A stretch of 54,528 nt of DNA, taken from the sequence record SRR20825019_998. The stretch is one strand, 5' to 3'. The notes beneath the pieces are model-generated. The model saw only the letters and a program-made list of their open reading frames with translations. It searched no databases and was not told where the DNA came from. The translations under genes were made by a program, and so were the position numbers. This document shows positions 19,755-30,330 of this stretch, in pieces (within the stretch, counting starts at the first letter, position 1; every line of letters starts with the position of its first letter).

Positions 19755-21074
19755 TTAAAGCTTTAAACTACCCGAAAGTTCTTTTAAGGTAATTTCTGAA
19801 AGTTTTGCTTCGTAAACTGCATTTGTAGAACGTACCACTGCATTAATGTAATTAAGTTGCGCAGTTCTAAATTCAATGGTCGGAATGGTTCCAATTTTAT
19901 ATTTTGCCATAGTAATTTCAAGATTCTCTTTAGCAATGGCTTCATTGGCAACTTCTAGCTCCATTAACTTTAAGTTTGTTAAATAAGTTTGGTATGCTGT
20001 TGAAAGTTGAGAAGCTAAAAGCTGTGTTTGTTGCGCAATTAGTAATTCTGAATTTTCTATTTGAATTTTGGCTATCTTTTCTGTTCGATTTTGATTAAAC
20101 CCATTAAAAATATTCAGTTTAGCAGACAGTCCATAATTAAAACCACGCGCTTTGTTATTTGTTGTAAACCCCAAACTAGATTCAGAATCTCCAAACATAT
20201 AGCCTGCTTGGGCACTTAATGTAGGCAACCGTGTTCCTTTAAGCTGTTTTAATTCAAGCTCTGCAATTCTTTTATTAATAAGTTGAGCCTGCAATTGTGG
20301 GTTTTGGGAATTCGCTTGTGCTTCTAATGAAGCAAGCTCTAAGTTTTTAGCTACTGAAATTAAAGCAACAACACGAAAATCAGTTTTTACATCTCTTGCT
20401 ATAATTTCATTTAAGCGAATTTTCGTGTTTTTTAATACTTCTTGTTGCCTTAAATAAAGTGTCTGATCCGTATTTTCGTCTACTTGTGCATTTAAAAGTT
20501 CTAGTTTGGATGCCTTTCCAATACTAAAGCGATTATTCGCCAGGGAAACTCTTTGTTTTGAAATTACCAGCGTACTATCTAGCGCATTTAATTGCTGCTG
20601 CTGTTGCACCAGATTAAAATACGTAATCATAACATCACTTACGGTACTTAATATTGCTTGTTTTAATGCTACCTCACCTAATTTTTTAACTTCTTGTAGT
20701 TGGTCGTAACGTGCAAACATGCTCAGGCCGTCAAAAATGGTCCAATCTAATGCTACACCATAATTTAAACTGTTATTCTTTGCGTTGTCGAGTGAAACTT
20801 TAGTTCCATCAGACCGTGTTTGCGTAATATTCTGAACGCTGTTATTAGAATCTGCAACAGCATTAACCGATGGTAACATTCCAGCAAATCCGGGACTAAT
20901 TGAGGTTTCGTCAATTTTAAGATTATTAGAAACAATTTTTATTTGGTAGTTATTTTCCAAAGCAATGGAAACCGCTTCTTCTACGGTAAGCAATTCTTTT
21001 TCTTGTGAAACACCTTTAAAAGTGAATAAAGCGAAGAAGAAAAATATTATATATTGTGTTTTATTAAGCTTCAT
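19755..21074 (-). CDS. TolC family outer membrane efflux protein
   Basis: Start at ATG 21074 (MKLNKT), overlapping the RND stop; LTVEEAVSIALENN, LPSVNA, WTIFDG, NIFNGF. Confidence 0.92.
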   Translation of the reverse strand: MKLNKTQYIIFFFFALFTFKGVSQEKELLTVEEAVSIALENNYQIKIVSNNLKIDETSISPGFAGMLPSVNAVADSNNSVQNITQTRSDGTKVSLDNAKNNSLNYGVALDWTIFDGLSMFARYDQLQEVKKLGEVALKQAILSTVSDVMITYFNLVQQQQQLNALDSTLVISKQRVSLANNRFSIGKASKLELLNAQVDENTDQTLYLRQQEVLKNTKIRLNEIIARDVKTDFRVVALISVAKNLELASLEAQANSQNPQLQAQLINKRIAELELKQLKGTRLPTLSAQAGYMFGDSESSLGFTTNNKARGFNYGLSAKLNIFNGFNQNRTEKIAKIQIENSELLIAQQTQLLASQLSTAYQTYLTNLKLMELEVANEAIAKENLEITMAKYKIGTIPTIEFRTAQLNYINAVVRSTNAVYEAKLSEITLKELSGSLKL

Positions 21075-24000
21075 ATTTTTCCAATTGATCAAATTCTGGA
21101 CGGTGTACTTTTTCACGCGACCACATTAAATAAAGAGCGGGAATCACAAAAAGAGTAAGTATTAATGAAAACATTGTTCCCCCAATAATTACCACTCCCA
21201 TTCCAATTCTACTGGTTGATGCTGCTCCAAGCGAAAGTGCTATCGGCAAAGCTCCAAGCGCAATGGTTAAGCTCGTCATAAGTATTGGGCGTAAACGTGA
21301 TTCTGCAGCTTTCATAATTGCTTTAGATTTCTGCATGCCTTCTTCCCGAAGTTGGTTTGCAAATTCAACAATCAAAATACCATTTTTCGTCACCAAACCT
21401 ATCAACATTATAGTCCCAATCTGACTAAAAATATTCCAAGTTTGCCCAAATAACCACAGTGAAAAAACGGCCCCTGCAACCGCCATCGGAACTGTCAAAA
21501 TTATTATAAACGGGTCTATAAAACTTTCAAACTGTGCTGATAAAATTAAAAAAATCAATAACAAGGCTAAACCAAAAGCAAATAACGTATTGCTACTACT
21601 TTCAACAAAATCACGCGATTCTCCACCTAAATCTGTTGTAAATGTGTCATCTAGCACATTTTGTTTTATATTTTCCATGGCGTCTATACCATCACTTATG
21701 CTTTTTCCTGGAGCAAGAGCTGCAGAAACCGTAGCGCTCATATATCGATTGTTATGGTATAATTGTGGCGGACTGCTATGTTCTTCGGTTGTAACAAGGT
21801 TATCCATTTGTATTAATTCACCTTTGTCATTTTTCACAAACATAGAAGTAAGATCCATTGGTGCATTTCGATCTTTTTTATCAAATTGCCCCATTACTTG
21901 GTATTGTTTTCCATTCATTAAGAAATAACCAAAACGCTGGCCACTCAGTGAAAGCTGAAGCGTTTGCGCCACATCCAACACTGAAACCCCTAAACTTTGT
22001 GCTTTTTCTCTATCTATAGTAACGTATATTTCAGGTTTATTGAACTTCAAATCTACATTGCTATTTGAAAAAGTTGGATCACTTTCAACAGCGTCCATAA
22101 AAGGCGGTATTTTTTCTTTTAATTTATCAAAATTCTGCGCTTGTATAATGTATTGAATTGGCATTCCGCCACGTCTGTTTACTGCAATTGTAGGCGATTC
22201 AGAAATACTTACGCGCGCATCAGAATATTGCCGTGTCCATCGGGTTAAATCTTCTGCAATTTCGTGTTGGGAGCGCGCTCTATCTTCAGGATCTACAAGC
22301 GAAATAATTGCCCTTCCTGTATTTACTGATGCGGAACCAAAGCTTGGAGACGTAATTATAAGGTTTACTTTCTTTTCTGGAATGGAATCGTTTATTAAAT
22401 CGGTTAATTCATTCATAAAACGATCCATATAATCGTATGATGCTCCTTCAGGCGCAGTAACTGTTGCGCGAATATAACTACGATCATCATAAGGTGCTGT
22501 TTCTTTCTTAAGAAGGCTATAAAAAAGACCAATCATCACAATACAAATCAATAAAATAGGGAAGCTTAGCCATTTCTTTTTCATAAAACTAACTAAAGAT
22601 TCTGCATAGGACGTATTCATTTTTACAAAATACTTCTCCGTTACCCTATAGAATTTACCTTGCTTCTGTTTTCCTGGCTTCATCAAATAGGCATTAAGCA
22701 TAGGGGTTAACGAAAGTGATACAAATGCCGAGACCAGCACTGCTGCTCCAAGTACTACCCCAAATTCACGAAAAAGCCTTCCTACGAAACCTTCCAAAAA
22801 TATTACGGGAAGAAATACTGCCGCAAGGGTAACAGAAATTGAAATTACAGCAAAAAATATTTCTTTAGATCCTTTTATAGCAGCTTCAATGGGGCTCATT
22901 CCTTCCTCTACTTTTTTATAAATATTTTCTGTAACTACAATTCCATCATCAACCACCAAGCCTGTAGCAAGAACAATTGCCAGAAGTGTAAGTACATTAA
23001 TACTATAACCAAAAAGCCACATTATAAAAAATGTTGCAATTAACGAAACTGGAATATCAATCAACGGGCGTAAGGCCATAGACCAATTTCTAAAGAAGAA
23101 AAATATAACTAAAATAACAAGTATTATAGCTATAGCAAGTGTTTCAACAACTTCAACAATCGCTCTTTTTACAAAAACAGTATTGTCTCTGGCAATATTC
23201 AATTTAAAATCTGCAGGTAAGTCTTTTTTAAGCTTGTCATATTCTACATAAAATGCATCGGCAATATCTACATAATTGGTTCCAGGCTGTGGAATAATCG
23301 CCATAGCAACCATTGGTTGTCCGCTATCACTAAGTTTCGTTTCCATATTCTCAGCCTCCAAAACAGCCCTACCTACATCGCTCATTCGGACTACTTTTTC
23401 ACCATCTGCATATAGAATTATGTTATTAAACTCTTCTTCTGTTGCGAGATTTCCAATTGTTTTTACCGTTAGCTCTGTATTAGCTCCCGTTAATTTTCCT
23501 GAAGGAAGTTCAACATTTTGAGCCAACAACGCACTTCTAACCTCAGCAACCGTAACTCCGTAGGAAGCTAATTTTATAGGATCAATCCACAATCGCATGG
23601 CGTATTTGCGTTGTCCCCATATCTGAACACTACTCACCCCTGGAATTGTTTGAAGACGCGGCGCAATTACATTATCTGCATAATCTGAAAGTTCCAAAAC
23701 ATTTTTATTATCGCTCTGAACTGTCATCGAAATAATTGCATCTGAATCTGCATCTGCTTTCGAAACTACAGGCGGTGCGTCAATATCATCTGGAAGACTT
23801 CGTATAGCTTGTGAAACCTTATCGCGAACATCATTTGCCGCAGCTTCAAGATCTTTATCAAGGTTAAACTCAATATTAATTCTACTTGAACCTTGATTAC
23901 TAGAAGATGTAATATTTCGGATTCCATCTATCGAATTAATAGATTTTTCCAGCGGTTCTGTAATTTGTGATTCAATAATATCCGCATTCGCACCCGAATA

Positions 24001-24150
24001 ATTAGTTCGCACAGAAATCTGTGCTGGGTCTATGGAAGGAAACTCTCGAACACCAAGATAGGTATACCCAATAATCCCAAAAAGAATTATAGCAAGGTTC
24101 ATTACTATTGTTAGAACCGGACGTTTTATACTTAGGGTTGATAGGTTCAT
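21064..24150 (-). CDS. RND efflux permease (AcrB/MdtBC-like)
   Basis: SIKRPV, GLVVDDGIVVTENI, IGLVTKNGILIVEFA, RLRPILMTS. Confidence 0.96.
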   Translation of the reverse strand: MNLSTLSIKRPVLTIVMNLAIILFGIIGYTYLGVREFPSIDPAQISVRTNYSGANADIIESQITEPLEKSINSIDGIRNITSSSNQGSSRINIEFNLDKDLEAAANDVRDKVSQAIRSLPDDIDAPPVVSKADADSDAIISMTVQSDNKNVLELSDYADNVIAPRLQTIPGVSSVQIWGQRKYAMRLWIDPIKLASYGVTVAEVRSALLAQNVELPSGKLTGANTELTVKTIGNLATEEEFNNIILYADGEKVVRMSDVGRAVLEAENMETKLSDSGQPMVAMAIIPQPGTNYVDIADAFYVEYDKLKKDLPADFKLNIARDNTVFVKRAIVEVVETLAIAIILVILVIFFFFRNWSMALRPLIDIPVSLIATFFIMWLFGYSINVLTLLAIVLATGLVVDDGIVVTENIYKKVEEGMSPIEAAIKGSKEIFFAVISISVTLAAVFLPVIFLEGFVGRLFREFGVVLGAAVLVSAFVSLSLTPMLNAYLMKPGKQKQGKFYRVTEKYFVKMNTSYAESLVSFMKKKWLSFPILLICIVMIGLFYSLLKKETAPYDDRSYIRATVTAPEGASYDYMDRFMNELTDLINDSIPEKKVNLIITSPSFGSASVNTGRAIISLVDPEDRARSQHEIAEDLTRWTRQYSDARVSISESPTIAVNRRGGMPIQYIIQAQNFDKLKEKIPPFMDAVESDPTFSNSNVDLKFNKPEIYVTIDREKAQSLGVSVLDVAQTLQLSLSGQRFGYFLMNGKQYQVMGQFDKKDRNAPMDLTSMFVKNDKGELIQMDNLVTTEEHSSPPQLYHNNRYMSATVSAALAPGKSISDGIDAMENIKQNVLDDTFTTDLGGESRDFVESSSNTLFAFGLALLLIFLILSAQFESFIDPFIIILTVPMAVAGAVFSLWLFGQTWNIFSQIGTIMLIGLVTKNGILIVEFANQLREEGMQKSKAIMKAAESRLRPILMTSLTIALGALPIALSLGAASTSRIGMGVVIIGGTMFSLILTLFVIPALYLMWSREKVHRPEFDQLEKYEA

Positions 24151-25229
24151 TGCGCAACAGTAGTTTTAGTATTTTTAGCCAACTTCACCTTTACTGGAAC
24201 ACCATCTTTTAGCGACATAACACCAGAAGTTAAAATGGTATCTCCAGCTTTTATTCCAGATATTACACGCACCAAGCTATCCGTTCGGGAACCTGTTTCT
24301 ACTTCAACTTGTTTTGCCTTCCCTCCTTTTGAAATAAAAATCATCTTTCCATTCTGTATTGGAATTAAAGATTCTGTTGGCACCAATAAAGCATCATCAA
24401 CAGTTTCTAACGGAAAAATAACATTTGCAAAAGTTCCTGGATAGAGCTTCCCTTCCGGGTTGTCAGCAATAGCCCGCATTTTTAAAGTACGTGTAGCAAT
24501 ATCAACTTGTGGCTCAATGGCGTAAATCTTTGCGGTATATGCTTCCTTTGAACCAGAGGTAGTAAAACTAATCTCGCTATTAAGCTTCATTCGGCTGGCA
24601 TACTTTTCTGGAATACTAAATGTAATTTTTAGTTTCTGGGTATTTACTAATGAAGCAATTGGGGTTGTTGGTGTAACATAAGTACCCTCTGAAATATAAC
24701 GCAATCCAATAGTCCCAGAAAATGGAGCGCGAATAGCTGCCTTTGCCAATTGCGCAGAAATAAGTTGTGATTGTGCTTTTGCACTTTTAAAATCGGCACT
24801 TGCAATGTCGTATTCTTCCTGACTTATAGCTTGTTTTTCAAGTAGCAGTTTTGCTCGGCGTTCATTTTCGGATGCTAGTTGTTGCGCGGTTTGAACTTGG
24901 GAAAGCTGAGCGCGCATTTCCATGTCATTTACTTTCAAAAGCAACTGCCCTTTTGAAACATTTGCGCCTTCTTCAAAGTTAATATGCTCTACAACCCCCA
25001 TAATCTCACTGCGTATTTCTACTTGTTCGTTAGCTTCTAAAGTTCCTGAAAGGGAAAGGTTATCTGCAAAATTTTCAGGAGTGGCAATCATCCCACTTAT
25101 AACAGCCACTGTTGGACCACCCTTTTTTTCTGCTGCAGTATTCTGTTGCTGATTATAAATTATTCTGTAGGAAATAAAGGCTATTGTCCCAATAACTAAT
25201 AGCGCATAAACAAGGTGTTTGGTCTTCAT
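24147..25229 (-). CDS. RND periplasmic adaptor (membrane fusion protein)
   Basis: N-terminal TM, GTLEAN, V.KGQLL, IRAPFSGTIG, LYPGTFA; ATGA overlap with the permease. Confidence 0.95.
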   Translation of the reverse strand: MKTKHLVYALLVIGTIAFISYRIIYNQQQNTAAEKKGGPTVAVISGMIATPENFADNLSLSGTLEANEQVEIRSEIMGVVEHINFEEGANVSKGQLLLKVNDMEMRAQLSQVQTAQQLASENERRAKLLLEKQAISQEEYDIASADFKSAKAQSQLISAQLAKAAIRAPFSGTIGLRYISEGTYVTPTTPIASLVNTQKLKITFSIPEKYASRMKLNSEISFTTSGSKEAYTAKIYAIEPQVDIATRTLKMRAIADNPEGKLYPGTFANVIFPLETVDDALLVPTESLIPIQNGKMIFISKGGKAKQVEVETGSRTDSLVRVISGIKAGDTILTSGVMSLKDGVPVKVKLAKNTKTTVAQ

Positions 25230-25461
25230 ATTTGGCTGGAAAATATAACTGCAAGCTATAAATTAGAAATTTTACAAAGCTAATTTTTATGGGCAACTTG
25301 AATATGCGTTAAGTTTTATTTAACAAAATATTATAACCCCTTGACAGAACAATTATTAGTTATGACTTAATAAATGAATCAAAGTTTAAAAGCACTCCAT
25401 TTATTTTTTAGCGAATAAAACGCTCAATTATGTGTAAGAAAAATTATTCAATAAAAATATT

Positions 25462-25500
25462 ATTTTTATTTGTTCTAAATAAGAATAAACATTAGTTTTG
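25462..25500 (+). promoter_or_regulatory. Fur-box-like site overlapping a Bacteroidota sigma-70 promoter
   Basis: ATTTTTATTTGTTCTAAAT (25462-25480) matches 15/19 to the ATTTAGAATTATTCTAAAT-type palindrome I recall for Flavobacteriales Fur; -33 TTTG at 25469-25472, 20-bp spacer, -7 TAGTTTTG at 25493-25500. Confidence 0.7.
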
Positions 25501-25515
25501 CCCAGAATTAGCAAA

Positions 25516-27651
25516 ATGATGACCCAACAAAACCTACTTTTCTTAGCTCTATTTTTTTTAGGAATTAATCTTTTCTCTCAAAATGAAACTGTTAAAGACA
25601 CCACGAAAGTTGAAAAACTACAAGAGGTAATTGTTACTGGGCAACACAACCCGCAATCGGTTGGTAAATCAGTTTTTGAAGTAAAGGTAATTTCCCGTAA
25701 AGACATTGAACGCCAAGCGGGAAATAACCTTGCCGATATTCTAAACAACACGCTTAATCTTAGTATTACTCCCAATCCTTCTACAGGAAAAAGCGGAGTA
25801 AGCCTTTTTGGTTTAGATAGTCAGTATTTTAAAGTTTTAGTTGATAACGTACCTATAATCAATGAAGAAGGTGTAGGAAACAACACAGACCTTACCTTAA
25901 TAAATTTAGACGACGTGGAACGCATTGAGATTGTAGAAGGCGCTATGGGCGTGCAATATGGCGCAAATGCCGTTTCGGGAATTATCAATATAATCACTAA
26001 AAAATCATCTAAAAAAGACTGGGAAATTGGCGCTTATATTCAAGAGGAAAGTATAGGCGATGAATACGAATGGTTTAATCGTGGACGCCATATACAATCT
26101 ATAAAACTAGGGCATAACTTTACCGAAAATCTATATGCAAATGTGGTTTACACCCGAAACGATTTCACCGGGTTTTGGAACGGGCGTATGGGTGAAAAAT
26201 ACGATAGGAACGATGAGCTACGCGGACATGAATGGTTGCCAAAACTTCAACAGAATGCAAAAGCATTACTCTCCTATTCCAAAAATGACTTTAGCGTTTT
26301 TTATCGCTTCGATTATTTAAATGAAAATATTGAAGATTACAACCAAACTGTAAAACCTAGAGCTGATGAATCTACCAATACATCAAGCCCTATTGCGCAA
26401 GATCAGATTTTCACAAACAATCGCTTTTACCATCATTTAAGCTCAGCAGGATCCCTTTTCAAAAAAATAAATTTCAATATTTCTTTAAGTTACCAAGAGC
26501 AAACAAAAGACCTGGAGCGTTATACCTATGTAATTAGAGCGGACAAAAAACAAAATGTAGAGGCTGGAGAATACCAAGCGCGTAGTGTTTTCTTTTCACG
26601 TGGTACTTTTAGTAATCTTATTAACTCTAAAAAAGTGAGCCTTCAAGCGGGTTATGAGTTAACCAATGAGCGTGGTAGCGGTTCACCCATTTCACTTGAA
26701 ATTACACAAGGAGGTGATAAAATAACACAAAGCCTTGATAATTATGATTTTTTTGCCTCAGCTGAAATGAATCTCTCAAAGCGTCTTTCAATTAGACCAG
26801 GAGCTAGAGTTTCTTTCAGCACTATTTTTGAAACACAACTTATTGGGTCTTTAAGCGCGAAGCAAATTTTCAATAATAACTGGGAAGTGCGTGCTATTCT
26901 TGGTTCCGCAAACAGAACACCTAACTATGATGAGTTATATACCTACTACGTAAATATAAATCATACCGTACTCGGAAATCCAGATTTACTACCAGAAAAA
27001 GGAATTTCTTCATTTTTTCATATAAAGAAAAGTAGCAAACTTTTAGATGGAAAAATCAGGCTTAAAAACAAACTAAGCTTTAATTATTTAGGACTTAAAG
27101 ATAGAATTGAATTGATTGTTGTTGAACAAAGTCCATTAAAGTTTCAATACAATAATATTGACAGCTACCGCACCATAGGAGTTTTCACAGAAAATGAAAT
27201 CTACTACGGAAATTTCAGCGGAAAGGTAGGAATATCTGTGCAAGGGGAATCAAAAGTAATAGAAGCTAGTAATGCTGATAATGATTTTCTTTTTAACCTT
27301 CAGCTTAACACGAATTTAGGCTTTACCGTTCCAAAATGGAACACCACATTTTCCGCATTTTTTAAATACACAGGCGAACAACAACAATTTGTTGAAAAAA
27401 CAAATACTGAAGGCGAACAAGTTTTTGTAGCAGGAAAAACTGATGGTTACAGCTGGATGGACGCAACTATTAGCAAATCATTTTTCAAAAACTCGTTTGA
27501 AACAACCCTAGGTTGCCGAAATCTTTTTGATGTTACCTCTATAAACTCTAGTGCTTTTAATGGTGGAGCACATAACGGTTCTGCCAATCAAATCTCTTTG
27601 GGTTACGGTAGATCTTACTTTTTAAAACTAGCCTATAATCTCAACTTTTAA
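25516..27651 (+). CDS. TonB-dependent receptor, probable heme receptor (HmuR/HfpR-like)
   Basis: The track's TTG start lies inside the -7 box, so ATG 25516/25519 is preferred; LQEVIVTG, VERIEIVEGAMGVQYGANAVSGIINIITK, RTPNYDELY, GNPDLLPE, terminal Phe; adjacent to HmuY. Confidence 0.9.
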   Translation: MMTQQNLLFLALFFLGINLFSQNETVKDTTKVEKLQEVIVTGQHNPQSVGKSVFEVKVISRKDIERQAGNNLADILNNTLNLSITPNPSTGKSGVSLFGLDSQYFKVLVDNVPIINEEGVGNNTDLTLINLDDVERIEIVEGAMGVQYGANAVSGIINIITKKSSKKDWEIGAYIQEESIGDEYEWFNRGRHIQSIKLGHNFTENLYANVVYTRNDFTGFWNGRMGEKYDRNDELRGHEWLPKLQQNAKALLSYSKNDFSVFYRFDYLNENIEDYNQTVKPRADESTNTSSPIAQDQIFTNNRFYHHLSSAGSLFKKINFNISLSYQEQTKDLERYTYVIRADKKQNVEAGEYQARSVFFSRGTFSNLINSKKVSLQAGYELTNERGSGSPISLEITQGGDKITQSLDNYDFFASAEMNLSKRLSIRPGARVSFSTIFETQLIGSLSAKQIFNNNWEVRAILGSANRTPNYDELYTYYVNINHTVLGNPDLLPEKGISSFFHIKKSSKLLDGKIRLKNKLSFNYLGLKDRIELIVVEQSPLKFQYNNIDSYRTIGVFTENEIYYGNFSGKVGISVQGESKVIEASNADNDFLFNLQLNTNLGFTVPKWNTTFSAFFKYTGEQQQFVEKTNTEGEQVFVAGKTDGYSWMDATISKSFFKNSFETTLGCRNLFDVTSINSSAFNGGAHNGSANQISLGYGRSYFLKLAYNLNF

Positions 27652-27654
27652 CCT

Positions 27655-29064
27655 ATGAATCCTTTTAAAAACATCCTTTGTATTTTCTTAACGCTTGTAG
27701 GAATTTCCGCCTGTAGCTCTGACGATAACAACCTTACTTCCGACCCATTTGTAGTTGCTTTTGAAGAGTCTTCAAAAAACTTGGGAGAAATAAATGGTTC
27801 TGAAAACATATCAATCGTTTATTCTGATTATGCTGAAACAGACGGTGCTTTCACCCTTTCAATAGAAGCTCAAAATGCAATTTACGGTACAGATTTTATA
27901 ACAGAACCTGCAATTATTGACGGGAAAATAACGCTTCCTATTACTAAAGGCAGTAATAGCAATAGCGTAACATTTACAAAACTTAATACAGCTCTTGATG
28001 AAACCACACAAATAGCATTTACGGTAACAAATATAGCGTACCCAAATGCTGAAATTCGTGGGTATTCTGTTTTTAAAATAAACAGTGAAGCTGTTAACAG
28101 CGGTAGCATCGCTCCAGAAATTGGCGGCCCCAATGAGCAATATCAAGTTTACGTGGATTTAAGTAAAAAAACTTCTGTAAAAGTACAACGTGATACTTGG
28201 GATCTTGCTTTCTTTTCGCACGATGAATTCCGAGTTGGTATTAATGGATCCATTTTTATGGCTGCTGCCCAATTGAATGAAACTAACATTGACAACATTA
28301 CTCAAGCAGATGTTTCAGACTTAATGCCTCAAGTTGCCATAGGTACTTTCGACCCAGAAAATGAAGCCTACATTGATTATCCTGATGGCGATATAAACCG
28401 AACTGCTATCAATGAAATTAATCTGGAAGAAGCTCAAAACAAAGTTTATTTAGTGAATTTAGGCTACGAAGTTGGCACTGAAGCCCCAGCCTCAGGTAGT
28501 GTCGGTTTAACAGGAGATGCACGAGGGTGGAAGAAAATCAGAATACTGCGAAATGGCGATAGCTATGTGCTTCAACACGCAAACCTAAACGATACAACGC
28601 ATCAAGAAGTTACAATCAATAAAACACCTAGCTATAATGCAACATTCTTCAGTTTTAATACAAATGCTATTGTAAATGTAGAACCTGAAGCTGATAAGTG
28701 GGATTTAAATTTTACCGTTTTCACAAATATTATTCAAGATGCTGGTTCATACGGATATTCAGACGGCGTTTTACACAACCGCAAAGGGGGCGTAAAAGCC
28801 TATAGCGTTACAACCGATCAATATGACTATGACTCATTTGGGCACTCCAATATAATTGACGGTCATTTCAAAGAAGATCAACGTGCTATTGGTGCAAGCT
28901 GGAGAGATGTTATGAACGATGATAAAAAACTTATTGAGACCATTTTCTATATCATAAAAGATCCAAACGGTAATATATACAAACTAAAGTTTACAGCCTT
29001 ATTAGGTGATAATGGAGATCGTGGTTTCCCTGAATTTAAATACGAATTATTAAAAGAAAACTAA
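27655..29064 (+). CDS. HmuY family heme-binding lipoprotein with an N-terminal Ig-like extension
   Basis: Lipobox ISAC; QVYVDLS...WDLAF, FFSF..WDLNFT, IGASWR, YKLKF, RGFPEFKY. Confidence 0.82.
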   Translation: MNPFKNILCIFLTLVGISACSSDDNNLTSDPFVVAFEESSKNLGEINGSENISIVYSDYAETDGAFTLSIEAQNAIYGTDFITEPAIIDGKITLPITKGSNSNSVTFTKLNTALDETTQIAFTVTNIAYPNAEIRGYSVFKINSEAVNSGSIAPEIGGPNEQYQVYVDLSKKTSVKVQRDTWDLAFFSHDEFRVGINGSIFMAAAQLNETNIDNITQADVSDLMPQVAIGTFDPENEAYIDYPDGDINRTAINEINLEEAQNKVYLVNLGYEVGTEAPASGSVGLTGDARGWKKIRILRNGDSYVLQHANLNDTTHQEVTINKTPSYNATFFSFNTNAIVNVEPEADKWDLNFTVFTNIIQDAGSYGYSDGVLHNRKGGVKAYSVTTDQYDYDSFGHSNIIDGHFKEDQRAIGASWRDVMNDDKKLIETIFYIIKDPNGNIYKLKFTALLGDNGDRGFPEFKYELLKEN

Positions 29065-29084
29065 ATACTATAAAAACTATTATT

Positions 29085-30323
29085 ATGAAAAAACTATTAC
29101 AAATAACCGCCGTAGCTTTATTCGGCCTTATTGCCACAGCGCAACAAACAAACGTAACCCTAACAATGGGTACAGGTTACACTAATGAAGTTTATTACAA
29201 ACTTTCTACTGGTGAATCAAATACGTATACTGCCGAAAATTGGGATATCGCTTTCTTGCGTGAAAATGCACAAAGCATTGGAATCCGTGTAAATGATGGT
29301 GCAGGAATTCAAGTATTTGAAGCTGCTAACGACCCTACAGCATTTAATACCATAAATGTTGCTAACGAAGCTTCATGGACACCCCTTTATAACGACAATA
29401 CAACTTGGGACAATGGCGCATTTATGCAAGGTTCTGCCACCTACGGTTGGGGAGAATACAATCCTATTTCGCATCACGTAGAAGGAACTATTGTGTTTGT
29501 ATTAAAGTATGCTGACGGCACCTACCGAAAGTTTATTAATGAAGATTATTTCGGAGGTTATACGTTTAAATATGCTACCTGGAACGGAACAGCATGGGTT
29601 GGCGAAACTACAACAACAGTTTCAAACAGCAGCAATCCAACCACCCGCTACAACTATTATTCACTAAAAAACAATACAGAAGTTATCGCAGAGCCATCAA
29701 TAGATGCATGGGATTTCGTTTTTAGAAAATACGATACATATTTGGATCCTCCTGGGGAGCATTATTTTGTAACAGGAACTTTACACAACCCAAATGTTAC
29801 TGTTGCAAAAAATGATGAACCTTCTGGTAGTCCAGACCCAAACCAAACTTATTCTGAAGAAATAAATACAATTGGATACGACTGGAAAACATTCACTGGT
29901 ACTGGTTATGAAGTAAATAGCGATATGGCTTATTACGTAAAGTATGATGAAAACACAGTTTACAGACTAACATTCAGCTCTTTTGAAGGTTCAGCTACAG
30001 GAAACCTAAGCTTTAATTTTGAAGATGTATCAGATCTTTTAGGTCTTGAAACTATTACTGAAGGCATTACTTTTGGTATATACCCAAACCCTTCAACAGA
30101 CAAAATGGTAACGCTGGTTTATAACCTTAAAAACACTACTTCACAGGAAAATAATATTTCAATTTACAACATTCAAGGGCAATTGGTTCACACATCAAAA
30201 GTTGATGCTAATAATGGATTTTTCAATAAAACATTGAATCTTTCAGCTTTACAAAGTGGAATGTATCTTGTAAACTTCACTTCTGGGAATAACACTATTT
30301 CAAAAAAACTAATCTTAAAATAA
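29085..30323 (+). CDS. T9SS type A cargo protein with HmuY-like domains
   Basis: Signal peptide; VYYKLSTG..WDIAF, YYSL..WDFVF, IGYDWK, YRLTF; CTD IYPNPS...LSALQSGMYLVNF...KKLILK. Confidence 0.78.
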   Translation: MKKLLQITAVALFGLIATAQQTNVTLTMGTGYTNEVYYKLSTGESNTYTAENWDIAFLRENAQSIGIRVNDGAGIQVFEAANDPTAFNTINVANEASWTPLYNDNTTWDNGAFMQGSATYGWGEYNPISHHVEGTIVFVLKYADGTYRKFINEDYFGGYTFKYATWNGTAWVGETTTTVSNSSNPTTRYNYYSLKNNTEVIAEPSIDAWDFVFRKYDTYLDPPGEHYFVTGTLHNPNVTVAKNDEPSGSPDPNQTYSEEINTIGYDWKTFTGTGYEVNSDMAYYVKYDENTVYRLTFSSFEGSATGNLSFNFEDVSDLLGLETITEGITFGIYPNPSTDKMVTLVYNLKNTTSQENNISIYNIQGQLVHTSKVDANNGFFNKTLNLSALQSGMYLVNFTSGNNTISKKLILK

Positions 30324-30330
30324 AACGATA

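Noticed and set aside
19755-25229. RND efflux operon as a novel system
   Set aside because: Canonical MFP-RND-TolC arrangement with standard motifs
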